A stretch of DNA of 64,000 nucleotides, from contig JAYRFK010000060.1 of NCBI GenBank assembly GCA_041908445.1, forward strand, positions 14,772 through 78,771. The letters run 5' to 3'. Below the pieces are notes generated by a model, which had not been told where the DNA came from, made no database searches, and saw only the letters and a program-made list of their open reading frames with translations. Origin of the DNA: Acidimicrobiales bacterium (GTDB taxonomy: Bacteria > Actinomycetota > Acidimicrobiia > Acidimicrobiales > DATDAH01). The position numbers were made by a program, and so were the translations under genes. Shown here in pieces: positions 45,422 to 54,111 of the stretch. Positions within the stretch are counted from its first letter, which is position 1, and every line of letters begins with the position of its first letter.

Positions 45422-46582
45422 CTATCGGCCGAGCAGGCGGGGCAGGAGTTGGTGGCCGGGGAGGGCGCCGGCGTCGGCGGCGCCCTCCTCGGTGTACACC
45501 CCGCCCGGGCCGTCGACCCGACTGTCGACCAGCAGGTAGGGCACCGGATCCGGGGTGTGGGTCTTCAGCTCGATGGGGGTGGCGTGGTCGGGCAGGAGCA
45601 GCAGGCGCCAGTCCCCCAGGTCGTCGAGGCCGGCCACGAGATCCGTGAGGATGCGCCGGTCCCAGTTCTCGAGGGCCCGCACCTTCTCCGCGTGGTCGCC
45701 GGCGTGGCCGGCCTCGTCGGTGGCCTCCACGTGGACGATGAACAGGTCGGCGCCGGCGGCGAGGCCGGCGAGGGCGGCGTCCCGCTTGCCCTCGTAGTTC
45801 GTGTCGTACCAGCCCGTGGCGCCCTCGACCTCGACGATCTCCATCTCGGTGAGCACGCCGAGGCCCCGCACGAGGTCGACCGCGGTGACGAGACCCGCCT
45901 GCACGCCGAACGCGTCGCGGAACGGGGTCATCTGCGGCTGGGGGCCCTGACCCCAGAGCCAGACCTGGTTGGCCGTCACCGGGGAGCCGTCGGCCTTGGC
46001 CCCGGCGAGGACCTCTCGTGAGGCGTCCATGACCGCCTGGAGCTTGGCCGCGGCCGGGCCCGACGGCCAGATCGCGGGCTTGTCGGTGAGGTCGTGGGGC
46101 GGGACGCACTCGGCGTCGGCCCACGCCTTCGGCGCCACGACGATGTGGCGGTACTGGACGCCCGGGTGGAAGGCGATCTCGTCGGTGCCGAGCTCGGCCT
46201 GGAGGCGGGCGACGACCGCGGCGGCGTCCTCGGTGCTCGGGTGCCCGCCGGCGAAGTCGACCATGGTGCCGTCGTCGCCGACGGTCACGAGGTTGCAGCG
46301 GAAGGCGACCTGATCGGGGTCGAGGCGCAGGCCCAGGGCGGCAGCCTCGATCGGGGCCCGGCCGGTGTGGAAGCGGGCGGGGTCGTAGCCGAAGATCGAC
46401 ATGTTGCCGACGTCGCTGCCGGGGGGCATCCCGGCCGGGATCACCGCGGCGAGGCCCACCTCACCGCGGGCGGCGAGGGCGTCCAGCGTCGGGGTGTGGG
46501 CCGCCTGCAGCGGCGTCTTGCCGCCGAGGGCCGCCACCGGCTCGTCCGCACACCCGTCGGGCACGCACACCACGTACTTCAC
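45422..46582 (-). CDS. ApgM-family (cofactor-independent phosphoglycerate mutase-like) metalloenzyme in the thrB position; candidate non-canonical homoserine kinase
   Basis: KYVVCVPDGCAD (metal Asp), GSDVGNMS, VHVEATDEAGHAGD, LLLPDHATP. Lies 65 nt downstream of thrC on the same strand. GTG 46582 is preceded by GAAGGCGGAG; GTG 46606 is an alternative. Confidence 0.7.
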   Translation of the reverse strand: MKYVVCVPDGCADEPVAALGGKTPLQAAHTPTLDALAARGEVGLAAVIPAGMPPGSDVGNMSIFGYDPARFHTGRAPIEAAALGLRLDPDQVAFRCNLVTVGDDGTMVDFAGGHPSTEDAAAVVARLQAELGTDEIAFHPGVQYRHIVVAPKAWADAECVPPHDLTDKPAIWPSGPAAAKLQAVMDASREVLAGAKADGSPVTANQVWLWGQGPQPQMTPFRDAFGVQAGLVTAVDLVRGLGVLTEMEIVEVEGATGWYDTNYEGKRDAALAGLAAGADLFIVHVEATDEAGHAGDHAEKVRALENWDRRILTDLVAGLDDLGDWRLLLLPDHATPIELKTHTPDPVPYLLVDSRVDGPGGVYTEEGAADAGALPGHQLLPRLLGR

Positions 46583-46647
46583 GAGAGCTCCGCCTTCCCG
46601 GGACACGCCTGCATGCCGCCATCTTGCCCGCTCACGGGCGGGGTGCC

Positions 46648-48039
46648 TCAGCCGAGGACGGCGGTGGCGAGCAGGTGGTCACGCACGGCGTCGACGTCGT
46701 TGGGGAGCGTCTCGTAGCGCTCGGGGCGCTCGAAGAGGTCGCGCAGGTGGTCGGGCAGCTCGGGGCGGATCCCCGTGGCCTGCTCGACCGCGTCGGGGAA
46801 CTTGGCCGGGTGGGCCGTGGCCAGCGCCACCATCGGCACCGCCGGGTCCCGGCGGCAGGCTCTCGCGGCGCCCACGCCGACGGCGGTGTGAGGGTCGATC
46901 AGGACGTCGTCGTGCTCGTACTCCGAGGCGATGACCGCACGGGTCTGCTCGTCGTCGAACCGGGCGCCGGCGAAGACCTCGGCCACCTGGGCGAGGCGCT
47001 CGGTGCCGATCGTGACGGAGCGCTCGGTCCGGAACTCGTCCATGAGCGCCGCGATGCCCGCGCCGTCGCGGCCGTAGAGCTCGAAGAGCAGGCGCTCGAG
47101 GTTGCTCGACACCTGGATGTCCATGCTCGGGCTGATGGTGGGCTCGACGTCGCGCATCTCGAGCGCGCCCGAGCCGAGGAAGCGGAAGAGGATGTCGTTC
47201 GCGTTGGAGCCGATCACGAGCTGCGGGATGGGCACGCCCATGCGGCGGGCGGCGTAGCCGGCGAAGACGTTGCCGAAGTTGCCCGTGGGCACGGAGAACG
47301 AAACGGGCGTGCCGTGGCCCACCCGGGCCGCGGCGCGGACGTAGTAGACGATCTGGGCCATCACCCGGGCCCAGTTGATGGAGTTCACCGCGGACAGGTG
47401 CAGCTTCTCGCGGGTGGCGGGGTCGTTGAACAGCGCCTTCACGAGGTCCTGGCAGTCGTCGAAGGTGCCCTCGACGGCGAGGTTGTGCACGTTGGGCGAC
47501 TGGACCGTCGTCATCTGGCGGCGCTGCACCTCGGACACGCGGCCGGCGGGGTGGAGGATGAAGATCTCGATGCCGTCGCGGTCGCGGCAGGCCTCGATGG
47601 CGGCCGACCCGGTGTCGCCGGACGTGGCCCCCACGATCGTGACCCGCTCGCCCCGCTTGGCCAGCTCGTGGTCGAAGAGCCGCCCCACGAGCTGCAGGGC
47701 GACGTCTTTGAAGGCGAGGGTCGGGCCGTGGAAGAGCTCGAGCAGCCAGAGCCCGTCGTGCAGTCGGTAGAGCGGGGTGACCTCGGGGTCGTCGAAGGTG
47801 GCGTAGGACGCCCGCACCAGCTCGGCGAACTCGTCGCGCTCGTACTCGCCCTCGACGAAGGGCCACATAACCTCGACGGCCACCTCCGCGTAGGGCCGGT
47901 CGGCGAGCGACGCCAGCCCGTGCGGCAGCTTGGGCCAGGCCTCGGGCACGTAGAGCCCACCGTCGGTGGCGAGGCCGGCGAGGAGCGTGTCGGCGAAGCG
48001 CAGGGTGGGCGCGGCGCCGCGGGTGGAGACGTAGCGCAC
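46648..48039 (-). CDS. thrC: Threonine synthase (long form)
   Basis: FHGPTLAFKDVALQ (PLP lysine), ATSGDTGSAA, VPTGNFGN. Confidence 0.9.
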   Translation of the reverse strand: MRYVSTRGAAPTLRFADTLLAGLATDGGLYVPEAWPKLPHGLASLADRPYAEVAVEVMWPFVEGEYERDEFAELVRASYATFDDPEVTPLYRLHDGLWLLELFHGPTLAFKDVALQLVGRLFDHELAKRGERVTIVGATSGDTGSAAIEACRDRDGIEIFILHPAGRVSEVQRRQMTTVQSPNVHNLAVEGTFDDCQDLVKALFNDPATREKLHLSAVNSINWARVMAQIVYYVRAAARVGHGTPVSFSVPTGNFGNVFAGYAARRMGVPIPQLVIGSNANDILFRFLGSGALEMRDVEPTISPSMDIQVSSNLERLLFELYGRDGAGIAALMDEFRTERSVTIGTERLAQVAEVFAGARFDDEQTRAVIASEYEHDDVLIDPHTAVGVGAARACRRDPAVPMVALATAHPAKFPDAVEQATGIRPELPDHLRDLFERPERYETLPNDVDAVRDHLLATAVLG

Positions 48040-48043
48040 GGGC

Positions 48044-49330
48044 TCAGGCGTCCCCGATGACGCGGAGCACGCTGCCGACCTTGCCCACCACGTCGAGCTG
48101 CTTGAGGTCGTGCAGGGTGGCGGCCACGTCGCGCTCGAAGGCCTCGTGGGTGATGAAGATCAGGCGCGCCTCGTCGCCGAGCCCCTCCTGCTCCATCGAG
48201 CGGATCGACACGCCGTGCTCGCCGAACACGCCCGCCACCGTGGCCAGCACGCCGGGACGGTCGAAGACCTCGACGTTCAGGTAGTAGCCCGAGCGCACCT
48301 CGTCGATGGGGCGGATGCGGGCCGGGCCGAGGCGGCCGATGTGGGCGCTGGAGCCCTTGCGCAGGTTCACCGCGGCGTCGATCAGGTCGCCCAGCACGGC
48401 GCTGGCCGTGGGGAAGCCGCCGGCGCCGCGGCCGTAGAGCATCAGCTCGCCGATCGCGTCGCCCTCGATGAACACGGCGTTGAAGCTCTCGCGCACCGAG
48501 GCCAGCGGGTGGGCGGCGGGGACCATGGCGGGGTGGACCCGCACCGCGATCTCGCCGTCGACGTCCTCGACCACCGCGAGCAGCTTCACCACGTAGCCGA
48601 GGTGGCGGGCGAAGTCGATGTCCGCCGCGGTGATCCCCGAGATGCCCTCGTGGTAGACGTCGCCGGCGACCACGCGGGCGCCGAAGGCGATCATGGCGAT
48701 GATGGCGGCCTTGGCGCCGGCGTCGAAGCCCTCCACGTCGGCGGTGGGGTCGCGCTCCGCGAAGCCCAGGCTCTGGGCCTCGGCGAGGGCCTCCTGGTAG
48801 GAGGCGCCCGCTTCGGTCATGCGGGTGAGGATGTAGTTGGTGGTGCCGTTGACGATGCCCATCACCCGGGTGATGCGCTCGCCGGCGAGCGACTCCCGCA
48901 GCGGGCGGATGAGGGGGATGGCGCCGGCCACGGCCGCCTCGAACAGCACGTCGACCCCGGCGGCGTCGGCGGCGTCGAAGATCTCGGCGCCCATGCTGGC
49001 CAGCAGCTCCTTGTTGGCGCTGACCACGGGCTTGCCCGCCTTCAGAGCGTCGAGGGTGAGGGTGCGGGCGGGCTCGATGCCGCCGATGACCTCGACCACG
49101 AGGTCGACCTCGGGGTCGTCCACCACGCCGCCGGCGTCGTGGGTGACGACGTGGTCGGGGAGCTCGACCGGGCGGGCCTTGGCCAGGTTGCGCACCGCCA
49201 CCCGGGTGACCTCGAGGCGCAGGCCGGTGCGGGCGGCGATGTCGTCGCCGCGGTCCTCGATGAGCTGGATGAGGGCCGCCCCGACGTTGCCGCAACCGAG
49301 GACGCCGACCCGGACCGTTGATTCGTCCAC
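48044..49330 (-). CDS. hom: Homoserine dehydrogenase with C-terminal ACT domain
   Basis: VGVLGCGNVGAAL, VSANKELLA, IVNGTTNYILT, C-terminal ACT-like DRPGVLATVAGVFGEHGVSI. Confidence 0.9.
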   Translation of the reverse strand: MDESTVRVGVLGCGNVGAALIQLIEDRGDDIAARTGLRLEVTRVAVRNLAKARPVELPDHVVTHDAGGVVDDPEVDLVVEVIGGIEPARTLTLDALKAGKPVVSANKELLASMGAEIFDAADAAGVDVLFEAAVAGAIPLIRPLRESLAGERITRVMGIVNGTTNYILTRMTEAGASYQEALAEAQSLGFAERDPTADVEGFDAGAKAAIIAMIAFGARVVAGDVYHEGISGITAADIDFARHLGYVVKLLAVVEDVDGEIAVRVHPAMVPAAHPLASVRESFNAVFIEGDAIGELMLYGRGAGGFPTASAVLGDLIDAAVNLRKGSSAHIGRLGPARIRPIDEVRSGYYLNVEVFDRPGVLATVAGVFGEHGVSIRSMEQEGLGDEARLIFITHEAFERDVAATLHDLKQLDVVGKVGSVLRVIGDA

Positions 49331-49357
49331 CCCGCCACGGTAGTGGCTGACCCCCGG

Positions 49358-49441
49358 CGTTCCCGCCCGCGTTCGGGGCCGCGTTCCGGCCCGCGTCCCG
49401 GGCCGCGCTCCCGTGGGCGGACGGCGGCGCGTTCCGGCCGG
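49358..49441. repeat. Degenerate 12-nt tandem repeats (GCGTYCSSGSCC, 5 adjacent copies plus 1 displaced) in divergent promoter region
   Basis: gcgttcccgccc / gcgttcggggcc / gcgttccggccc / gcgtcccgggcc / gcgctcccgtgg at 49358-49417, and gcgttccggccg at 49430-49441. Lies between hom (start 49330, -) and the DUF2079 gene (start 49493, +). Confidence 0.7.
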
Positions 49442-49492
49442 GCGGCGGGAGGTCCCCCGGCCACGACGACCCCCACCCGTACACTTCCGGCG

Positions 49493-51028
49493 ATGGCTGA
49501 GGCGGTGGCGCCCCGGGTCCGGCCGCCGCTACGGGCGTGGCCCCGCCGCGGTGTGGCCCTCGTGCGCCACGGCGTCGAGCGCCTGGGGCCGCCGCAGGTC
49601 GTGCTCGCCCTCGCCATCGGGGTCTTCGCCATCGTCTTCGGGCGCCTGGTGGTCCTGCGCCACGAGCGCTTCGGCACCTTCGACTTCGACCTCGGCATCT
49701 ACGACCAGGCGGTCTGGCTGCTGGCCCACGGCCACGGCTTCGACACCGTGCGGGGCCTCGGCGTGTTCGGCAACCACGTCAACCTGGCCTTCTACCTGCT
49801 CGTCCCCTTCTACTGGCTGGGCGCCGGCCCGAACTTCCTGAACCTGGTGATGGTGGCCGCGGTCGGTGCCGCCGCCGTGCCCGTCTTCCGGCTCGGGCGG
49901 ATCTGGTTGCGGGACGACTGGCACGCCCTCGTCCCCGCCCTCGCCTTCCTCCTGCACTTCACGAGCCAGTGGATGGTGCAGGAGACGTTCCACGCCGAGG
50001 TCGTGGCCCTCTTCCCGTTCTTCATGGCCTACCTCGCCGCGACGGAGTCCCGCTGGCGCGCCTACGCGCTCTGGATGGTCTTCGCGGTGGCGTGGAAGGA
50101 GGACATCGCGCTCGCCACGACGGTGGTGGGCCTCCTCCTCGTGGTGCGGGGCCACCGCTCGGGCGACCGCTCCGCGCGTCGGGCCGGCGTCTGGACGGTG
50201 GTGGCGTCGCTCGGCTGGTTCCTGCTCTGCACCCGCCTGATCATCCCGGCCTTCAGCCCCGGCGGCGTGTTCTACGAGGACTTCTTCGGCCCGCTCGGCG
50301 ACTCACCCTGGGCGCTGGCCGACACCGCGCTCACCAACCCGACCGCCGTCACCCGCCAGCTCGACCACGCCAACGCCCTCGGGTACGTCCGCGACCTGCT
50401 CACGCCCTACGGCTTCACCCCGCTGCTGGCCCCGGCGGTGCTGCTGATCGGGCTGCCGCAGGCCCTCGTCAACCTGCTGTCGGGCAACGGCTTCACCTGG
50501 AGCCTGCGCTTCCACTACGCCTCGATGCCCCTCGCCGGCGCCACCCTCGCCATGGTCGAGGGGATCGGCCGGCGGGCCTCGATCGCGCTGCGCCGCTTCC
50601 TGCTGGGGCTGGTGGCAGCGTGCGCCCTGGCCACCACGGCGATGTGGGGCATCTCACCGATCAGCACCTACTACGACCAGGGGTTCTGGCCGCTCACCCC
50701 CATCGAGCGCCAGGACGAGCTCGAGCGGGCGGTGAACACGCCGCCCGACGACGCCTCGGTGGCGGCCACCTACCTGCTCGTCCCCCACCTGACCCACCGG
50801 CGGAACATCTACTCGTTCCCGAATCCCTGGCAGCCCCAGAACTGGGGCGTGAACAACGAGCGTCAGCACGACCCCGCCGACGTGGACTGGCTGGTGATCG
50901 ACCGCCTCAGCCTGAGCCCCGAGCTGGCCGAGAAGCTCCAGGAGATCCTCGACACCGAGGACTGGGTCATCGTCGAGGCCCAGGACGACCTGCTGGTCGC
51001 CCACCGCCGCGGCGCCCCCACCCGCTGA
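49493..51028 (+). CDS. DUF2079-like polytopic membrane protein (possible GT-C-fold enzyme)
   Basis: FGTFDFDLGIYDQAVWLLAHGHGF...GNHVNLAFYL, about 10 or more TM segments and a C-terminal soluble part. I recognise this as the DUF2079 pattern. Start ATG 49493. Confidence 0.6.
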   Translation: MAEAVAPRVRPPLRAWPRRGVALVRHGVERLGPPQVVLALAIGVFAIVFGRLVVLRHERFGTFDFDLGIYDQAVWLLAHGHGFDTVRGLGVFGNHVNLAFYLLVPFYWLGAGPNFLNLVMVAAVGAAAVPVFRLGRIWLRDDWHALVPALAFLLHFTSQWMVQETFHAEVVALFPFFMAYLAATESRWRAYALWMVFAVAWKEDIALATTVVGLLLVVRGHRSGDRSARRAGVWTVVASLGWFLLCTRLIIPAFSPGGVFYEDFFGPLGDSPWALADTALTNPTAVTRQLDHANALGYVRDLLTPYGFTPLLAPAVLLIGLPQALVNLLSGNGFTWSLRFHYASMPLAGATLAMVEGIGRRASIALRRFLLGLVAACALATTAMWGISPISTYYDQGFWPLTPIERQDELERAVNTPPDDASVAATYLLVPHLTHRRNIYSFPNPWQPQNWGVNNERQHDPADVDWLVIDRLSLSPELAEKLQEILDTEDWVIVEAQDDLLVAHRRGAPTR

Positions 51029-51035
51029 TCCTCCG

Positions 51036-51084
51036 TTCCTCCAGCAGGAACGCGAGGTACCACCTTCCGTTTCTGCTGGAGGAA
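51036..51084. terminator. 17-bp stem (one G-U) with 15-nt loop between convergent genes
   Basis: TTCCTCCAGCAGGAACG...CGTTTCTGCTGGAGGAA. Lies between the stops at 51028 (+) and 51095 (-). Confidence 0.4.
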
Positions 51085-51094
51085 TGAGAGGCGG

Positions 51095-52384
51095 TCAGGC
51101 GAGGTCGGTGCGGAGGAGGTCCTCGTAGGTCTCGCGGCGGACCACCAGGCGGGCCTCGCCGCCGCGGCAGAACACGACCGGCGGGCGGGGCAGCTTGTTG
51201 TAGTTGGACCCCATGGAGTGGCCGTAGGCGCCGGTGACCGGGGTGGCGAGCACGTCGCCGACGGCGAGGTCGGCGGGGACCGCGGCGTCGCGCACCAGCA
51301 CGTCGCCCGACTCGCAGTGCTTGCCCACGACCGTGACCGTGCGGGGGCGCTCGGCGAGGGTCGCCCGGGGCAGGAAGGCCTCGTAACCGCTGCCGTAGAG
51401 TGCCGGCCGGGGGTTGTCGATCATGCCGCCGTCGACGGCGACGTAGGTGCGCACGCCGGGCACCTCCTTGACCGTGCCCACCCGGTAGAGGGTGACGGCG
51501 GCCTGGGCCACGATGGCCCGGCCGGGCTCGGCGACCGGTCGGGCGATGAGGCCGGCCTCGGCGCAGGCCTGGTGGACCGCCTTGGCCCAGTCGGCGATGG
51601 TCGGCGCCGACTCGCCCACGACGTAGGGGACGCCCAGCCCGCCGCCGATCGAGAGCTCGGGGAGGCCGAGGGGCGCCACGAAGGGGGCCAGGACCTCGAC
51701 GGCCTCGGCGAAGAAGTCGGCCACGAACACCTGGCTGCCGATGTGGGCGTGCACGCCGACGAGCTCCATGGCGTCGGAGCCCGACGCCCGGATCACCGCG
51801 GCGGCGGCGTCGCCCGAGGCGAGCCCGAAGCCGAACTTCGAGTCCTGCTGGCCGGTGCGGATGTACTCGTGGGTGTGGGCCTCGATCCCCGGCGTTACCC
51901 GGATCAGCACCTTGGGGACGGCGGCGCCGGCGGCGACGAGGGCCTCGATGCGGTCCATCTCGTCGAACGAGTCGACCACGATGCGGCCCACGCCGGCCTC
52001 GATCGCGCCGTGGAGCTCCTCGACGGACTTGTTGTTGCCGTGCAGGACGATGCGCTCGGCGGGCACGCCGGCGGCAAGCACCACGAAGAGCTCACCGCCG
52101 CTGGCGACGTCGATGTGCATGCCCTCCTCGTGGGCGAGGCGGGCCATGGCGGTGCAGAGGAAGGCCTTGGCCGCGTAGGCCACGCCGTCGCCGAAGGCGG
52201 CGACCGCCTCACGGCAGCGGGCCCGCAGGTGGTCCTCGTCGTAGACGAAGAGCGGGGTGCCGAACTCCTCGGCCAGGTCCAGCACGTCGCAGCCGCCGAT
52301 CGACAGGCGGCCGTCGGCGCCCACCACCGCGTTCTCGGGCAGCAGGTGCCGGGGCAGCGCGGTCACGCCACCCCCCGAATCCAT
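51095..52384 (-). CDS. lysA: Diaminopimelate decarboxylase
   Basis: YAAKAF (PLP lysine region), HIGSQ, GGGLGV, CESGD, GAY. An alternative GTG start is at 52366. Confidence 0.9.
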   Translation of the reverse strand: MDSGGGVTALPRHLLPENAVVGADGRLSIGGCDVLDLAEEFGTPLFVYDEDHLRARCREAVAAFGDGVAYAAKAFLCTAMARLAHEEGMHIDVASGGELFVVLAAGVPAERIVLHGNNKSVEELHGAIEAGVGRIVVDSFDEMDRIEALVAAGAAVPKVLIRVTPGIEAHTHEYIRTGQQDSKFGFGLASGDAAAAVIRASGSDAMELVGVHAHIGSQVFVADFFAEAVEVLAPFVAPLGLPELSIGGGLGVPYVVGESAPTIADWAKAVHQACAEAGLIARPVAEPGRAIVAQAAVTLYRVGTVKEVPGVRTYVAVDGGMIDNPRPALYGSGYEAFLPRATLAERPRTVTVVGKHCESGDVLVRDAAVPADLAVGDVLATPVTGAYGHSMGSNYNKLPRPPVVFCRGGEARLVVRRETYEDLLRTDLA

Positions 52385-52448
52385 CGTTCTGGGACCACGG
52401 GAGCGTCACCGGTGCCACGAGCGTGTACCCAGAACGAGGAAATCGCCG

Positions 52449-54062
52449 TCACATCGACTCCGGGGCCGACACGCCGAGCAGGTCGAGGCCGATGGCGAGG
52501 CCGACGGCGGCGGCCTCGACCAGCCACAGCCGGGCCTGGGTCAGCTCGGGGGCGACGCCCTCCCCCATCACGTAGCAGTCGTGGTAGAAGCCGTGGAACC
52601 GGCCGGCCAGCTCCCGCACCCACGTCGTGATCTGGTGGGGCGCCCGGGCGTTGCACGCCGTGGCGACAGTCTCGGGCAGCTCGGACAGGCTGCGCAGCAC
52701 GTCGAGCTCCCGCTCGTGGGTCAGCAGCGACAGGTCGACGTCGGCCAGCGGTGCCCGCTCGACACCGCGCTCGGCCGCGACCCGGCCGATGGAGTGGATC
52801 CGGGCGTGGGCGTACTGGACGTAGAAGACCGGGTTCTCCATGGCCTGGCTGGCCACCACGTCGAGGTCGAAGTTCTGCCGGGTGTCGATCGACTGGAGCA
52901 GGAAGGTCAGCCGGGCCGCGTCGGGGCCCACCTCGTCGAGCACCTCGGCGAGGGTGATCAGGTCGCCGGAGCGCTTCGAGAGCCGCACCGGCTCGCCGTC
53001 GCGCAGGAGGTTGACCAGCTGCACGATGGGCACCTCGAAGGCGTCGGGATCGTGGCCGAGGGCCTCGAGCGCCGCCTTCATCCGGGGCACGTAGCCGTGG
53101 TGGTCCGATCCCCACACGTCCACGAGCAGGGCGAAGCCCCGGGCCAGCTTGTCCCGGTGATAGGCGATGTCGGGCAGCAGGTAGGTGTACTCGCCGTCCG
53201 ACTTCACGAGCACCCGGTCCTTGTCGTCCCCGAAGTCGGTGCTGCGCAGCCAGGTGGCACCGTCCTCGTCGAACACCACGCCGCGGGCCCGCAGGTCGTC
53301 GAGCGTGGCGGTGATCGCGCCGGATTCGACCATCGACTTCTCACTGAACCAGGTCTCGAACGACACGTTCACCCGCTCGAGGGTGGCGCGCTGGTCGGCG
53401 ATGGCCCGCGCCTCGCCCCACTCGACGGGGTCGGCGTCGTCGGGCAGCTCGGCGGCCCACTCCTTGATGTACTCGCCCCGGTAGCCGTCCTCGGGGACGT
53501 CCTCGCCGGCCTTGCGGGCGGCGAGGGAGGCCCCGAAGAGCTCCATCTGGACGCCCCGGTCGTTGATGTAGAACTCGCGGTGGACCTCGTAGCCACACCG
53601 CTCGAACAGGCGCGCCAGCGAGTCGCCGTAGGCCGCGCCCCGGCCGTGGCCGGCGTGGACCGGGCCGGTCGGGTTGGCGCTGACGAACTCGACGTTGACC
53701 TTGGCCCCGCCGCCGAGGTCGGGGCGCGCGAAGCCGTCGACGCCGGCGGTGACGACGTCGGCGAGGATCTCGTGCAGCCACGTGTCGTGGAGCCGGAAGT
53801 TCACGAAGCCGGGGCCGGCGATCTCCACCCCGGCGACGTGCGCCGGCGGGTTCGCCTCGAGAACGGCGACGAGCTCGCCGGCCAGCTCCCGGGGGTTGCG
53901 GCCGGCCGCCTTGGCGGTGGCCATGGCCACGTTGCTCGACCAGTCCCCGTGCTCGCGGCGGGCGGGGCGCTCCAGGGCGATCCCCGAGGCCGGGGGCTCG
54001 ACCCCGACCTGGGCCAGGGCGCCGCCCAGCGCCTCCGTCAACGACTCCCTGATGCCGGCCAC
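52449..54062 (-). CDS. argS: Arginine--tRNA ligase
   Basis: VEIAGPGFVNFRL, HIGH-type SANPTGPVHAGHGRG, KMSK-type RLSKRSG, C-terminal anticodon-binding DALR region. GTG start at 54062 chosen by N-terminal colinearity with known ArgS. Confidence 0.9.
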   Translation of the reverse strand: MAGIRESLTEALGGALAQVGVEPPASGIALERPARREHGDWSSNVAMATAKAAGRNPRELAGELVAVLEANPPAHVAGVEIAGPGFVNFRLHDTWLHEILADVVTAGVDGFARPDLGGGAKVNVEFVSANPTGPVHAGHGRGAAYGDSLARLFERCGYEVHREFYINDRGVQMELFGASLAARKAGEDVPEDGYRGEYIKEWAAELPDDADPVEWGEARAIADQRATLERVNVSFETWFSEKSMVESGAITATLDDLRARGVVFDEDGATWLRSTDFGDDKDRVLVKSDGEYTYLLPDIAYHRDKLARGFALLVDVWGSDHHGYVPRMKAALEALGHDPDAFEVPIVQLVNLLRDGEPVRLSKRSGDLITLAEVLDEVGPDAARLTFLLQSIDTRQNFDLDVVASQAMENPVFYVQYAHARIHSIGRVAAERGVERAPLADVDLSLLTHERELDVLRSLSELPETVATACNARAPHQITTWVRELAGRFHGFYHDCYVMGEGVAPELTQARLWLVEAAAVGLAIGLDLLGVSAPESM

Positions 54063-54111
54063 GAGCCATCTTGGCCGCACCGCACCCGGAAACGACAAAA
54101 GGATTGAGCGG

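Noticed and set aside
47511-49484. 657-aa minus-strand ORF spanning the thrC/hom junction
   Set aside because: It is off-frame relative to two unambiguous genes and has Arg/Pro/Gly-rich composition.
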